Positions 32,701 to 42,196 are shown, numbered from the stretch's first letter. The stretch is 64,000 nt of DNA from Candidatus Izemoplasmatales bacterium (GCA_050949045.1 JBMNEZ010000001.1:992001-1056000); one strand, 5' to 3'. Program-made: numbers and translations. The notes: generated by a model from the letters alone, not told the origin.

Positions 32701-35700
32701 AAGTATAGGTAAATCTTTGCAGATCCAGCAGGTATTTCGAACTCTTTATGAGCATATTGCCAACCGGAAACTGATGTGTCAAACGAAATATAGTGTGTAT
32801 CGATAACGGTATCCGTAGCGTCTAGAAATTTGACTCGAATTCTGAAGTATCTGACACCTAAATCACTTGAAAAGGAGATTGGTGTTCCTTCGGATTTTCC
32901 CCATCCGCCGATTGTCAAGGCTCCCTCATGTGATAGATCGAGATACTTGCTAACCTCTGTCAGCGCATAGCGTGGATCGTTTCCCGAACCTAGGATTGTT
33001 ATTCCATATGTTCCAAGAATATCCTCGAAATCATCGTCTTCATAGTTGTTTTCCGCCCGGCTAACATTGGAACTACTGAAAGTCCACCCCGGCAAAGTCG
33101 TCCCATCCACATACTCAAAAGATGAGTTTTCAATTGCGTTCTGTCTCTTGGTTGAGAACCCTTTGTTGATTTGGATGCCATCGAAATATGCGCTTCCGCT
33201 GCTTGCATTCACCAATCTGACCGTCACTGAAGTCTCATCGTTTTCCACTACGAAATATACTTCCCTTAGCACCCACTCTCCACTATTACCTACCGACTGA
33301 AATCCACTGGAATAAGATGCTCCCGAAACACTTATGTATACTCCTGTCGGTTCGCTTCCTGAAGTTGCGTTTTTCACATAACCTGACAACGTGTAAGTCC
33401 CTGCTTTGAGTACCACGGATTGCGAAATTATTCCGATGCTATCTGTTGCAGTTGCGATCTTCATCGAATACAAGCCAACCCTTTTTTGAGTAGTGGTTCT
33501 CGATGCGGTAGAAGTGGAGGCGTAGGGATACTTAAAGTAATTCCAACCATCGAAGTCTCCGGACAAATCGAACTCGAACCCCGAATTGACAAGCGGATTG
33601 ACATTCGTGACTTCAATTCCTGATTGATATGCCAGTTTGTGGTTCATATCATAGTCGGGGTCGCCATCAAGGTAAGTATACGTTGACCCATCATCACCCA
33701 CTAATTTGAACAGGTCACAATAGGCGAATGATCGGCTGTTGCCTAAGTAATCTAATGTGTTAACGGTATGCCCGTAATCATCGAACTTCATGGTGACGAA
33801 GTGTCCGTTTTGATCGGTGATCGTCGTTTGTTTATCGCCATAACTATGTTTATTCGAAGAAAAGACATTCCCGGAGGATTGAATCCATGTTTTTGTTCTG
33901 ATAATCTTGTTTGCAGGAAGCGTATAGATGTAACTGACTCCCAAACCGGTTTGGGTGGCAGCTTCATAGGCAGAGGTCAATCGACCTCCGAAATCAAAAG
34001 AATAGTATGAGTATTCACTCGCTGAATAAGAACTGTCAAAGTTATAGTTCATCTGATGACAAACGCTAGAGAGTGTGTGCTTGAATAAATTGGAATTAAA
34101 CGTGTAGGAGTATTTGGTTTGTTCAAGAGGGTTCACTGAATAGCCGCCGCTCGGATTTTTAACATATAGTTTCGCGTACTCTAGTCTTCCGGAAGAATAA
34201 CTGAGTGTTATCTTGTTACCGGTGTCATCTTGGATCTCTGTGATTTTGGATGGATTAGTCGGATCTCGCATGATCGTTGTTTCCAGCCAATCGACACCAA
34301 TCCACTCCCCCACGCCACTTAAATGCCAGATATTGCCTGATTCGTAATCAAACCAGTATAGCGTCAGATCGGGGGTAAGAAGATAATATCCAATAACCGA
34401 TGAGGAAACATTGACTACCTTCAGTAGTATTCTGCCGCTTCCGTCTTCTGCCTTCAGATAGATTCCGGTGCATCCGGAAAGCACATAATTACTGAGAATA
34501 TCAGATTTGGTGTCGCAGATATCTCCGGGGAAATCCTGATAGTATACTTTTGAGCCCGTGGCATCAACGACGAAATGCCTATTAACAGATGGATCATACC
34601 CGGCAACCATACTATATGAAGTCTGCCAGCCTGCTCCATAGCCGATATCAGTAGTTCTTTGGTAAACACTATGAATCATCGACAAGTTCAGAGATTGCTT
34701 TTCCGTTTGAAATGTGAGATCGTTCCGGATCCAAGTCAGCGATCCTGTTAGATCAGACACGTATCCGATTCCCGCATTTCCTGCGCTTTGTGAGGAATAG
34801 GTCCAGTAATCCTTAATTCCTTGGGGGTCAATATATCCGATTTCGATTACCGGATTCTTATTAGAAGCTTCAGATGAATAGAATCTAGTGTATTCTCCGA
34901 CTCCTTCTTTATCTTTGATTGTGAATCCATAATTCGGACTAACCCCGCCTACCCATTCCCTGACTGATTTTGTGATGTTAAATATATAAGGTTCACTGGT
35001 GACGCGGTTAACTCTCACATAGTCAACCATTTCTAATCGATAAGATGGTTCGGGTTCCATCCATGTGTTCCAAGTGACAACATTTTCCGAAAACTTTGAT
35101 GTATTATGGTGAAGCGCAATTGTTCGTGTTGCCGCTGTTGTATTGTACTTGAAAAGACTCAAGTTTGCATAAGTGATCTGTTTACCACTCAGATCAGGCA
35201 TTACGAAACTGATCAAACCCCGTCTTTCCAAGCTAGTAGAAAGGTTGTATGAGGCATAGAAGTAACTACTGCTGCCATAGTTACTATCTGGCGATGACTT
35301 CGAAATGTATGTGTCCTGGATCGAAAATGACTGATAGACACTGCTGATTGTCGGATCGATTACCACTGGATACACAGCAGTACTCAACCATTCTGAATCC
35401 GGAATGATAGTGACGGTATATGTTCCGTCTTTGCTCTGTTCGACGTTCAATTCGACCGTTGTTGATTCCTCGCCGCTTTGGTCATACATGTAGAGGCTGC
35501 TAAACCTGAATACTTCTTCTTGTTCTTTGTTAACGAATACAAATGATCCGTCTTCGCTTTTGACAAGCGACAAATTTGTCATGGAATAGTCGAATGACAA
35601 CGAGAAATCCTTGACGTATCTGTCCAAGATGATGTTCTCTTTGAGTTGGCTGCCGGTAATGACATATTCAACCGATACTCCATCCATGACCCTTTCATAT

Positions 35701-36317
35701 TGGACTGCCTGAGCGGTCTTTGTCAGTGTTTTCGGATCCCGAGGCTTCTCTGTGCTCTCCGAATAGGCGATTCTTGCATTGTCGCACGCATCAAGAGACC
35801 ACGAGATTAGATAATCCCCTTGAAATAATCTGACTGATTTATCCTTTTCCGCGGTTTCGGGAAACTCAACCTTGAAACTGTTGGCTTTGGTGGAATACGA
35901 TTGGCTGCTCTCGTTATAGACGAGCGAATTGTCAATGTCTACGTATTTGCCATTATCAAGATAATGAACGACATCACCATAGAGAACAGCGACATAACTC
36001 CCGTCGGCTTTCAGAAACGTTTTGGTGTCGGTTGTTCTTTGATCAATCACTTCCGCGACGATCTCAACCTCGGAAATATCAAAATCCGGATCAGTCGTAG
36101 TCTTGTATTTAATTTGCTTTTCTTCTTGTTCTTGTTCCGTGATTTCCTCAGATAGCGGTTCATCAACCGCATACGCCCGGACTTGCTTGGCTGGTAGTGC
36201 TGAGGTTACCAACATCAAGACTGTCATGATGATGATTACTATTTTGCGCAATTTCACATTGAAGTAGATTCCGGCAGGACCGATGCTGTGGTGATCAATG
36301 ATAATCGGCTGTTTCAT
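29466..36317 (-). CDS. secreted WapA-like RHS/YD-repeat protein with DNRLRE-like and carbohydrate-binding-like domains and a HExxH C-terminal tip
   Basis: Signal-peptide-like N-terminus, PVVIDP, DTYI..NYG, two N.SFE/N.GFE beta-sandwich repeats, many YD repeats, core NPYYYRGYRYD..YYLNSRYYDPAIGRFIS..NMYAYCTNNPVMYLDPSG, HERGH in the tip. Confidence 0.95.
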   Translation of the reverse strand: MKQPIIIDHHSIGPAGIYFNVKLRKIVIIIMTVLMLVTSALPAKQVRAYAVDEPLSEEITEQEQEEKQIKYKTTTDPDFDISEVEIVAEVIDQRTTDTKTFLKADGSYVAVLYGDVVHYLDNGKYVDIDNSLVYNESSQSYSTKANSFKVEFPETAEKDKSVRLFQGDYLISWSLDACDNARIAYSESTEKPRDPKTLTKTAQAVQYERVMDGVSVEYVITGSQLKENIILDRYVKDFSLSFDYSMTNLSLVKSEDGSFVFVNKEQEEVFRFSSLYMYDQSGEESTTVELNVEQSKDGTYTVTIIPDSEWLSTAVYPVVIDPTISSVYQSFSIQDTYISKSSPDSNYGSSSYFYASYNLSTSLERRGLISFVMPDLSGKQITYANLSLFKYNTTAATRTIALHHNTSKFSENVVTWNTWMEPEPSYRLEMVDYVRVNRVTSEPYIFNITKSVREWVGGVSPNYGFTIKDKEGVGEYTRFYSSEASNKNPVIEIGYIDPQGIKDYWTYSSQSAGNAGIGYVSDLTGSLTWIRNDLTFQTEKQSLNLSMIHSVYQRTTDIGYGAGWQTSYSMVAGYDPSVNRHFVVDATGSKVYYQDFPGDICDTKSDILSNYVLSGCTGIYLKAEDGSGRILLKVVNVSSSVIGYYLLTPDLTLYWFDYESGNIWHLSGVGEWIGVDWLETTIMRDPTNPSKITEIQDDTGNKITLSYSSGRLEYAKLYVKNPSGGYSVNPLEQTKYSYTFNSNLFKHTLSSVCHQMNYNFDSSYSASEYSYYSFDFGGRLTSAYEAATQTGLGVSYIYTLPANKIIRTKTWIQSSGNVFSSNKHSYGDKQTTITDQNGHFVTMKFDDYGHTVNTLDYLGNSRSFAYCDLFKLVGDDGSTYTYLDGDPDYDMNHKLAYQSGIEVTNVNPLVNSGFEFDLSGDFDGWNYFKYPYASTSTASRTTTQKRVGLYSMKIATATDSIGIISQSVVLKAGTYTLSGYVKNATSGSEPTGVYISVSGASYSSGFQSVGNSGEWVLREVYFVVENDETSVTVRLVNASSGSAYFDGIQINKGFSTKRQNAIENSSFEYVDGTTLPGWTFSSSNVSRAENNYEDDDFEDILGTYGITILGSGNDPRYALTEVSKYLDLSHEGALTIGGWGKSEGTPISFSSDLGVRYFRIRVKFLDATDTVIDTHYISFDTSVSGWQYAHKEFEIPAGSAKIYLYLEYKGEGSVSFDGITATYESTFTYYLYDDYGRVDKITSQNGDITQYAYPDNYSQIPSSITHNDVTTTISSENERLEAITIYNNVSVTPTYNDYGQVTSLEVGNGSTYYTTSTTYLHYSQYVSSTTDEYGNITAYTTDVLTGLLQAITNAKNGYSSMVYDDEVKLVEVDSGVDLGESSEESLAHVAYLYDSKDRLSKICLEYENPSSPTYYYEIEYDAFNRIVQVYVNSTTLMSYTYVEGEGYLTAKIGKQEYGNQDYIEFTYDDNDQISEIQMFDSSAISLVTYGYEYDQKGALSVYSETRSGVLTAREFYAYDSAGRMTQIKDESGNITNFGYDPQGNIVNLKFLFEDFDSEITYEYDGFSMISNTEYITSNGVSVNKAFQYEENALHRLQYIKLTIDSLDIKQSFTYSGAHSRIQDLSFDFADNGTVEYKHSYIYDELGNIVQESYYERVSSVLTLKRKVYYEYDGLNQLVAEDIWVSSGTSYTNVYEYDSRGNRTANYRYQYEYRKTGALIPPSAIINFGLTEVIPFYDSNIIYSQVKNVDVGGSSELTFTYQDSGSPGVFYGIPTTQLGGEVDSFQKGYYEVIYRATSSYFGIDVVFNVRFSVGNLATSAGTSTNYSTYVYDDEWLDQLESYATIVNGVSTNHVLTYDNQGNPTQITNVKYNGTNYTNAYLDWDGRRLSNIVFATGSTLSKKIGYQYNDQGYRISKTFYNYGGSQTWLQQNRITYELLGDKVVYETNGTYAMVFNYDYDGTLIGFTLDLDISDGFDGYDFFYIRNQQGDITMIVDNEGTVNAQYQYDAYGKLTVAYESTGGIMSMLNPYYYRGYRYDWEIERYYLNSRYYDPAIGRFISSDGLLGQAGNILSTNMYAYCTNNPVMYLDPSGECATIVIAVIAILLFTPVGGTIAQIATSAVSYVAMAVWALGDLAFNGGSGAWADMNGIGWNPFNTDESAVFASSYFSFYKCQPVFMKESGRSGSFYFISLNRYALFDTLRHERGHGYQSMMMGIATYAITVGLPSWRKWGLCANRDTYNDAPWETMADLLGGVQERVHTQQEISRAWIYYGMSHLIFPSLFFW

Positions 36318-36504
36318 AGCGGAATTCTCCTAATATATATATATTTTCCCATATATGTATTTTTTTTCTTTATTTTAACAGTATGAGGCTTTACTATAAT
36401 AAGCATTGATAAGATCACAGACTATTTCATTTTCTCCTAATAGCATTTAATGACTGGTACTGTAAGGATATAAGCTGTGACTTTAATTAAATATGGTTAT
36501 TAGT

Positions 36505-36790
36505 TGGTATGGAAAGCCTTTTTAGGACAATTTTCACATAGATACTTGTAATCGATAATCAACTGGGGATAAATACCCTAAACCGCTATGGATCCTCTTG
36601 GTGTTGTACCAGTTGATATAGTCAAACAACTCCATTTCCATTTGTTCCAGATTGGCGAATTTCCTGTTTCAGACAAACTCCGTTTTGATGATCTTGTATA
36701 ATACTTTCGCTACCGCGTTATCATAAGGACATCTGGGATTGCTAAGTGATCTTCTGATACCGAAAGCAGTTAGAATCTCTTCAATGGCAA
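36505..36790 (-). mobile_element. IS3-family transposase 3' remnant with right inverted repeat
   Basis: RSLSNPRCPYDNAVAK..IIKTEFV*..FDYINWYNTKRIHSGLGYLSP (integrase core end, catalytic E changed to K, in-frame stop), ending TGTCCTAAAAAGGCTTTCCATACCA. Confidence 0.9.
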
Positions 36791-36905
36791 TGTATTTGAC
36801 TAATGTGATTCTTTCAGTATCAGTAATAGCAATGATATCGCCTTGGAGGTTCTTGATGTAAATGTAATCATCTTCATTTAATGTGTACCCAATCAAACTG
36901 GAAGA
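36791..36905 (-). pseudogene. short Rhs-core fragment
   Basis: LIGYTLNEDDYIYIKNLQGDIIAITD parallels LIGFTL..FFYIRNQQGDITMIVD in the intact Rhs. Joined in frame to the IS remnant. Confidence 0.8.
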
Positions 36906-36940
36906 TAAAACCGTGAATCACTCTGTGCTAAAGAAGATAT

Positions 36941-38110
36941 CTATGAACCTGTATCGTCAAATATCAAACTATATTCATTTCCATCAAATCCTATCCCGGC
37001 AACTTGACTTTCGTCAACGCCAACCAACAACTCTTCAACAACAGTCACATAATTGATTTCTTCTAGGGGAATGTATCCACCAGTCGTGGTTTTCTTTGCG
37101 TATATTGCCGATACTGAAGTATTAACGCCATCTTGTTTTTTCAAAATCACCTCTCCAATCAGATAATTTTGAATGTATAACAAATGCAATACATAGATAT
37201 TTTCCTGTCCATTCTCATCTAACAAAGGTATCGCAATGACTGTTTCGAAATCATAGAGATTGTCTACGCGTGTTTCCCCCGTAGTGAATATGTCTTGATA
37301 CCTGTATTTATTCATATATCCACTTGCGTATAACACTTTCGTTTTCCAAGGAAAAGTGGGAATACTCTCTATTATCGCAGTTCTGATGAGCCAGTATATG
37401 TCGAATTTGTCTTTTCCCTCTTCTACTGTCGAGAAAGGATTAACCCACCCGAAGGAAAATAATCCATAGTAGTAAAACTTGATATCGTTTTCTCCATCAA
37501 GAATTCCGATAGGGTATATTGTCTGATATCCAGTCGCTTTATAAGCTACTCCCAGCAACTGAAAGGTGGGATAGTCTGCTTGAGAAGACGAAATCATCCA
37601 AAAACAATGATCGTCACTCAACGTGGAATAATAGATTGTATCATCGATAATCATTTGAAACTCAGCGATTTGCACTTCACCCTCTTCTTCGAAAACATGA
37701 ATGGTCTTCGTGCCGAGTAAAACATCATCAGCACTGAACAGGCACACCACTAAAGAGGTGGACTCCAAATAAGTACCGTATACAGGTATGACTGATATAT
37801 CGTCAGCGTTATTGTATAATTCTTTAAACGCATCTGAAGCTATCTCACTTTCGGCATACAACGAAAGATGGTCAACGATGTCCAAATCGATTGCATCATC
37901 AACATAATAGTCTTCAACAACCCCATTTACCGGTCTGGCATCATCTTCAATTTGGGGAAACTCTATGGTGATGGTAAAAAAATCCTGAGAGGTTATTGTT
38001 GTTGTCGTTGTTGTAAAAGTATCGGTCCCAGTAGATTCTTCGCGGCAAGATCCGAAAGATACAAATAGTGCGACTGTAAAAACGAATACAAACAACCTTT
38101 TCATAACCAT
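36941..38110 (-). CDS. lipoprotein of unknown function (distal copy)
   Basis: Lipobox FGSC, Thr-rich linker, acidic body. Start at 38110 or 38104. Confidence 0.85.
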   Translation of the reverse strand: MVMKRLFVFVFTVALFVSFGSCREESTGTDTFTTTTTTITSQDFFTITIEFPQIEDDARPVNGVVEDYYVDDAIDLDIVDHLSLYAESEIASDAFKELYNNADDISVIPVYGTYLESTSLVVCLFSADDVLLGTKTIHVFEEEGEVQIAEFQMIIDDTIYYSTLSDDHCFWMISSSQADYPTFQLLGVAYKATGYQTIYPIGILDGENDIKFYYYGLFSFGWVNPFSTVEEGKDKFDIYWLIRTAIIESIPTFPWKTKVLYASGYMNKYRYQDIFTTGETRVDNLYDFETVIAIPLLDENGQENIYVLHLLYIQNYLIGEVILKKQDGVNTSVSAIYAKKTTTGGYIPLEEINYVTVVEELLVGVDESQVAGIGFDGNEYSLIFDDTGS

Positions 38111-38291
38111 CTTCACTCCTGAACAAGTAGAACTATTGCAAAGAAATCGTTATAAGTGCTAAGAGAAAGAGTTTGGATAACATATTCAGATTCCCAACTG
38201 TCACTAAGATAAACAACATAATCCTCATTTAATGTGAACCCAATCAAACTGGAAGATAAAACCGTGAATCACTCTGTGCTAAAGAAGATAT

Positions 38292-39461
38292 CTATGAACC
38301 TGTATCGTCAAATATCAAACTATATTCATTACCATCAAATCCTATCCCGACAACTTGAGTTTCATCAACGCCAACCAACAACTCTTCAACAACAGTCACA
38401 TAGTTGATTTCTTCTAGGGGAATGTATCCACCAGTCGTGGTTTTCTTTGCGTATATTGCCGATACTGAAGTATTTACGCCATCTTGATTTTTCAAAATCA
38501 CCTCTCCAATCAGATAATTTTGAATGTATAACAAATGCAATACATAGATATCTTCCTGTCCATTCTCATCTAACAAAGGTATCGCAATGACTGTTTCGAA
38601 ATCATAGAGGTTGTCTACGCGTGTTTCCCCCATAGTGAATATGTCTTGATGCTTGTATTTATTCATATATCCTTCTGTGTATAACACTTTCGTTTTCCAA
38701 GGAAAAGTGGGAATACTCTTTATTATCGCAGTTCTGATGCCCCAGTATATGTCGAATTTGTCTTTTCCCTCTTCTACTGTCGAGAAAGGATTAACCCACC
38801 CGAAGGAAAATAATCCATAGTAGTAAAACTTGATATAATTTTCTCCATCAAGAATTCCGATAGGATATATTGTCTGAAATCCAGTCGCTTTATAAGCTAC
38901 TCCCAACAACTGAAAGGTGGGATAGTCTGCTTGAGAAGACGATATCTTCAAAAAACATTGTCTGTCACTCAACGGGTTATGATTACTTGTATCACCTATG
39001 ATTATTGTGAACTCAGTTATTTGCACTTCACCCTCTTCTTCGAAAACATGAATGGTCTTCGTGCCGAGTAAAACATCATCAGCGCTGAACAGGCACACCA
39101 CTAAAGAGGTGGACTCCAAATAAGTACCGTATACAGGGATGATTGATATATCATCAGCGTTATTGTATAATTCTTTAAACGCATTTGAAGCCGTATCGCT
39201 TTCGGCATACAACGAAAGATGGTCAACGATGTCCAAATCGATTGCATCATCAACATAATAGTCTTCAACAACCCCATTTACCGGTCTGGCATCATCTTCA
39301 ATTTGGGGAAACTCTATGGTGATGGTAAAAAAATCCTGAGAGGTTATTGTTGTTGTCGTTGTTATAAAAGTTTCGGTTCCAGTAGATTCTTCGCGACAGG
39401 ATCCGAAAGATACAAATAGTGCGACTGTAAAAACGAATACAAACAACCTTTTCATAACCAT
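38292..39461 (-). CDS. lipoprotein of unknown function (proximal copy)
   Basis: Paralog of 36941-38110, starts immediately after the peptidase stop. Confidence 0.85.
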   Translation of the reverse strand: MVMKRLFVFVFTVALFVSFGSCREESTGTETFITTTTTITSQDFFTITIEFPQIEDDARPVNGVVEDYYVDDAIDLDIVDHLSLYAESDTASNAFKELYNNADDISIIPVYGTYLESTSLVVCLFSADDVLLGTKTIHVFEEEGEVQITEFTIIIGDTSNHNPLSDRQCFLKISSSQADYPTFQLLGVAYKATGFQTIYPIGILDGENYIKFYYYGLFSFGWVNPFSTVEEGKDKFDIYWGIRTAIIKSIPTFPWKTKVLYTEGYMNKYKHQDIFTMGETRVDNLYDFETVIAIPLLDENGQEDIYVLHLLYIQNYLIGEVILKNQDGVNTSVSAIYAKKTTTGGYIPLEEINYVTVVEELLVGVDETQVVGIGFDGNEYSLIFDDTGS

Positions 39462-39463
39462 CT

Positions 39464-42196
39464 TCACTCCTGAACAAGTAGAACTATTGCAAAGAAATCG
39501 TTATAGGTGCTAAGAGAAAGAGTTTGGATAACATATTCAGATTCCCAACTGTCACTAACATAAACATAGTAATCGTCATTTGTGATTTTGTACCCAACAC
39601 ATACAGTCATATGAGCAAAGCCATATGTAGAATCCGGTCCAAACCCCAACATGATTGGACGACCAGCATCCAGTTCAGATTGAATCGTGTTCCAGCTGAA
39701 CTTTTGGTTTCTTCTCCAAACGTTTTCAGATTCAAGAGTATATGTTGTACCATTATCTTCATGAACGAATATATCAAATCCAAACTGGATATTTGCGTTT
39801 GCACAATGCCCGTCTCCCTGCCCTGAGCCGTTTATCATCGCCGCTTGAACCTCAATTGCCCGCAGATTCTGTGTTACTTCGTCAATACAGTCAAATTGTA
39901 GCATACCGTGGTTAATGCACCAAAAAGCAGCAATATTGGTTATTGCACAGGGAATACAAAGATGTGTAGGAGTTGAGCGTAAATTTGTGGGTACTTCGTC
40001 AACGAATGTTCCACCAATAGAAACGTTCCAACACCATATCCACGGTGCACCCGGATATGTTACCCTTACTTGAATCTTGCCTGGAAACAATGTGGTTAAT
40101 TCACCAGTAGAAGCATTTATTGTTGCTCTCGTAGTTGAAGAACCGTCAGTGTCTACGACTGAATATGATACGGGGCCATTATGATTAATTCTTGTACTTT
40201 GCATATAGGCATGATATTGGTATGTTTCATCTAAGGACAAAGAAAGCGGAAAATCCTCTGTCACGATATTCTCATATGTATTTCCCAAATATTTATAAAA
40301 ACTCCACTTTGTGCCTGAAGCGTAACGATTGGTTGTCAAAACCAGAATGGTATCGTTATTAGCAGATGTTGACCTAACATAATAAGTTACTCCGTTTTCT
40401 GTGTATGTGATGTAGTAATAACCAGATGTATAAACTAATTTCCATGTATAATCTGTCGATAGTTCAGCATCGTTCTCGGCCAGTCTTCCGGCAATCGGAG
40501 CATTGTTGCCTACACTTGGAAAAATGACAAGCGAACTTTCAAGCATGCTGCGAATAACATAATCGTTTGTCGCCGGACGATAAGAAATTTTGAAGAGATT
40601 CTCAAGATGCGATATGGAAGTTGGTGGTGATGTGTATGATGTTGAATCCTGCAAAACCCAAGCCAAGCTGATTGGCCGATATGCTTTGACATACGTATTG
40701 GTATTAGCTTTGCGAACGGCATACACTCCCTCGGCAAAATGTGTTCCCGTATAGTTTATAGTAAGTTGTGCGAAGATTTGCATCTTTTCTTTTGCGACAA
40801 AAATAACTGAGTAGTTTTCTCCGCCTTCACGTTTCAAAGCAAAACCATAATTTGGTGTGCCTATATACCAGGATTTTACGTAATTTGTCACCGAAAATAC
40901 AGCGTACTCGGGATTATCTTCGTTAACTCCGTCTGCATAAACATCAACGATGTCACTACAAGTGGGGGCTGTGGTTGGTTTGTTATTCCAGATAACTCCA
41001 TGCTCTGACCAATTGGACGTAATCTGATAGATGCCAACTGACATGTAGCAGTCATTTGTTACCAAATAGTAATATGGCAGGCTAACATTTGCCGAAGTGA
41101 TATTAACTCCTGATGGTAGATTGGGTGTCGTGAATCGATAAAATGTCTGTTGGATGCTTGAAACCCAAAGTTGATGGTCTCTACCATAATTGACTTTTGG
41201 ATATGCTGAATACACATATGTATCAACCGTTTGGCCAATGTCTACCAAAGACGGGTCAATAGTCACAGGGAAAACCCGTTCATCTGCATTGACCCAATCT
41301 GCGTCCGCACTTATGGTAAATTCATATTTGCCAGGCCCCAGAAGAGAAATCGAATAGGCTACTTTGGTTGAATACTCATTGACGGCGTCATACATATACG
41401 GAGCGGGAATTTGATAGACAATCTCTCGAGTATCCGAGTCTGAAAGAATTATGTCACCATCATTTAACTCGGCAACCAGACCATCCAAAGAAAGTGTGAA
41501 GGAATAGTCGTAAGCGCTGGAAGGCTTCTTAACGATAATGTTTTCTTTGATACTGTTAGACACAAGAATATATTCAATATCTGTATTATCGACAATATTC
41601 TCATATATTATGCTTGAAGTGATTTTCTCTACCGTTATCAATCGTTGAAGTTTGGTAGCATCAATATCTGGCTCTGTTTTGGCATTAGTAACCGCAACGG
41701 CGGTATCTTCTTTGGTGTTTTTGAGTCCAAACGAAACCTTGTAGTTGCCTTCCTGTAGCGTAAACAGCGAGGCGAGGTCTGTAATCTGCTTAGCAAACTC
41801 CACTCTCGAGTCACTAGTCGACAATGCACCATTGATTTCGTATAGCGAATTATCTATTTCTTCCCATTCGCCTTCAGAACTTTTTCTGTGAACTGAATCT
41901 CCATATACAACCGCTAGAAAAGTGCCGTCTTCGAGTCGTAAATGTTTCACATTCTCTTCGCGCATCGATTCTATCTCGAAAGTCAGTTCACCTAGTTCTT
42001 GTTTTAGCAGAATTTCGTCTTTTGCTTCTATCGAAAATGCTTCTGTTGAGTCGTCTGTAGTCTGGGTTGTCGGAACGTAGTCCTCCGGCACTTCACTGGA
42101 AACAGAATTAACTGATAAACCAAATCGCGCGCTGAATCCAAGTAAAGTCACAAGGAGTAGTAATATCAGTTTTCTTAAACTTCTCCTTTTGATAAT
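39464..42196 (-). CDS. secreted DNRLRE-like domain protein with C-terminal C39-like cysteine peptidase
   Basis: N-terminal ~470 aa parallels the Rhs N-terminus. C-terminal CIPCAITN, GRPIML, HMTVCVGY and VSDSW. Start uncertain (ATT 42196 or ATC 42193 after AAGGAGGT, versus GTG 42151). Confidence 0.8.
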   Translation of the reverse strand: MIKRRSLRKLILLLLVTLLGFSARFGLSVNSVSSEVPEDYVPTTQTTDDSTEAFSIEAKDEILLKQELGELTFEIESMREENVKHLRLEDGTFLAVVYGDSVHRKSSEGEWEEIDNSLYEINGALSTSDSRVEFAKQITDLASLFTLQEGNYKVSFGLKNTKEDTAVAVTNAKTEPDIDATKLQRLITVEKITSSIIYENIVDNTDIEYILVSNSIKENIIVKKPSSAYDYSFTLSLDGLVAELNDGDIILSDSDTREIVYQIPAPYMYDAVNEYSTKVAYSISLLGPGKYEFTISADADWVNADERVFPVTIDPSLVDIGQTVDTYVYSAYPKVNYGRDHQLWVSSIQQTFYRFTTPNLPSGVNITSANVSLPYYYLVTNDCYMSVGIYQITSNWSEHGVIWNNKPTTAPTCSDIVDVYADGVNEDNPEYAVFSVTNYVKSWYIGTPNYGFALKREGGENYSVIFVAKEKMQIFAQLTINYTGTHFAEGVYAVRKANTNTYVKAYRPISLAWVLQDSTSYTSPPTSISHLENLFKISYRPATNDYVIRSMLESSLVIFPSVGNNAPIAGRLAENDAELSTDYTWKLVYTSGYYYITYTENGVTYYVRSTSANNDTILVLTTNRYASGTKWSFYKYLGNTYENIVTEDFPLSLSLDETYQYHAYMQSTRINHNGPVSYSVVDTDGSSTTRATINASTGELTTLFPGKIQVRVTYPGAPWIWCWNVSIGGTFVDEVPTNLRSTPTHLCIPCAITNIAAFWCINHGMLQFDCIDEVTQNLRAIEVQAAMINGSGQGDGHCANANIQFGFDIFVHEDNGTTYTLESENVWRRNQKFSWNTIQSELDAGRPIMLGFGPDSTYGFAHMTVCVGYKITNDDYYVYVSDSWESEYVIQTLSLSTYNDFFAIVLLVQE

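Larger units (their letters stand above)
36870..39566. repeat. tandem duplication, period 1351 bp (36870-38215 and 38221-39566)
   Basis: Two near-identical head-to-tail units, each with a lipoprotein gene plus the last ~100 bp of the upstream peptidase gene. Confidence 0.95.

Noticed and set aside
36332..36370. (AT)6 and T-run upstream of the Rhs start as a phase-variation switch
   Set aside because: The tracts are short and lie in very AT-rich DNA. There is no evidence of length variation from one sequence.
36669..36896. 75-aa ORF as a real gene
   Set aside because: Chance in-frame join of an Rhs-core scrap and a dead IS3 integrase fragment.
26613..39566. Diversity-generating retroelement as the source of the near-identical repeats with clustered changes
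   Set aside because: No reverse transcriptase in the window, differences are not adenine-specific in one direction, and the repeats are gene-sized.
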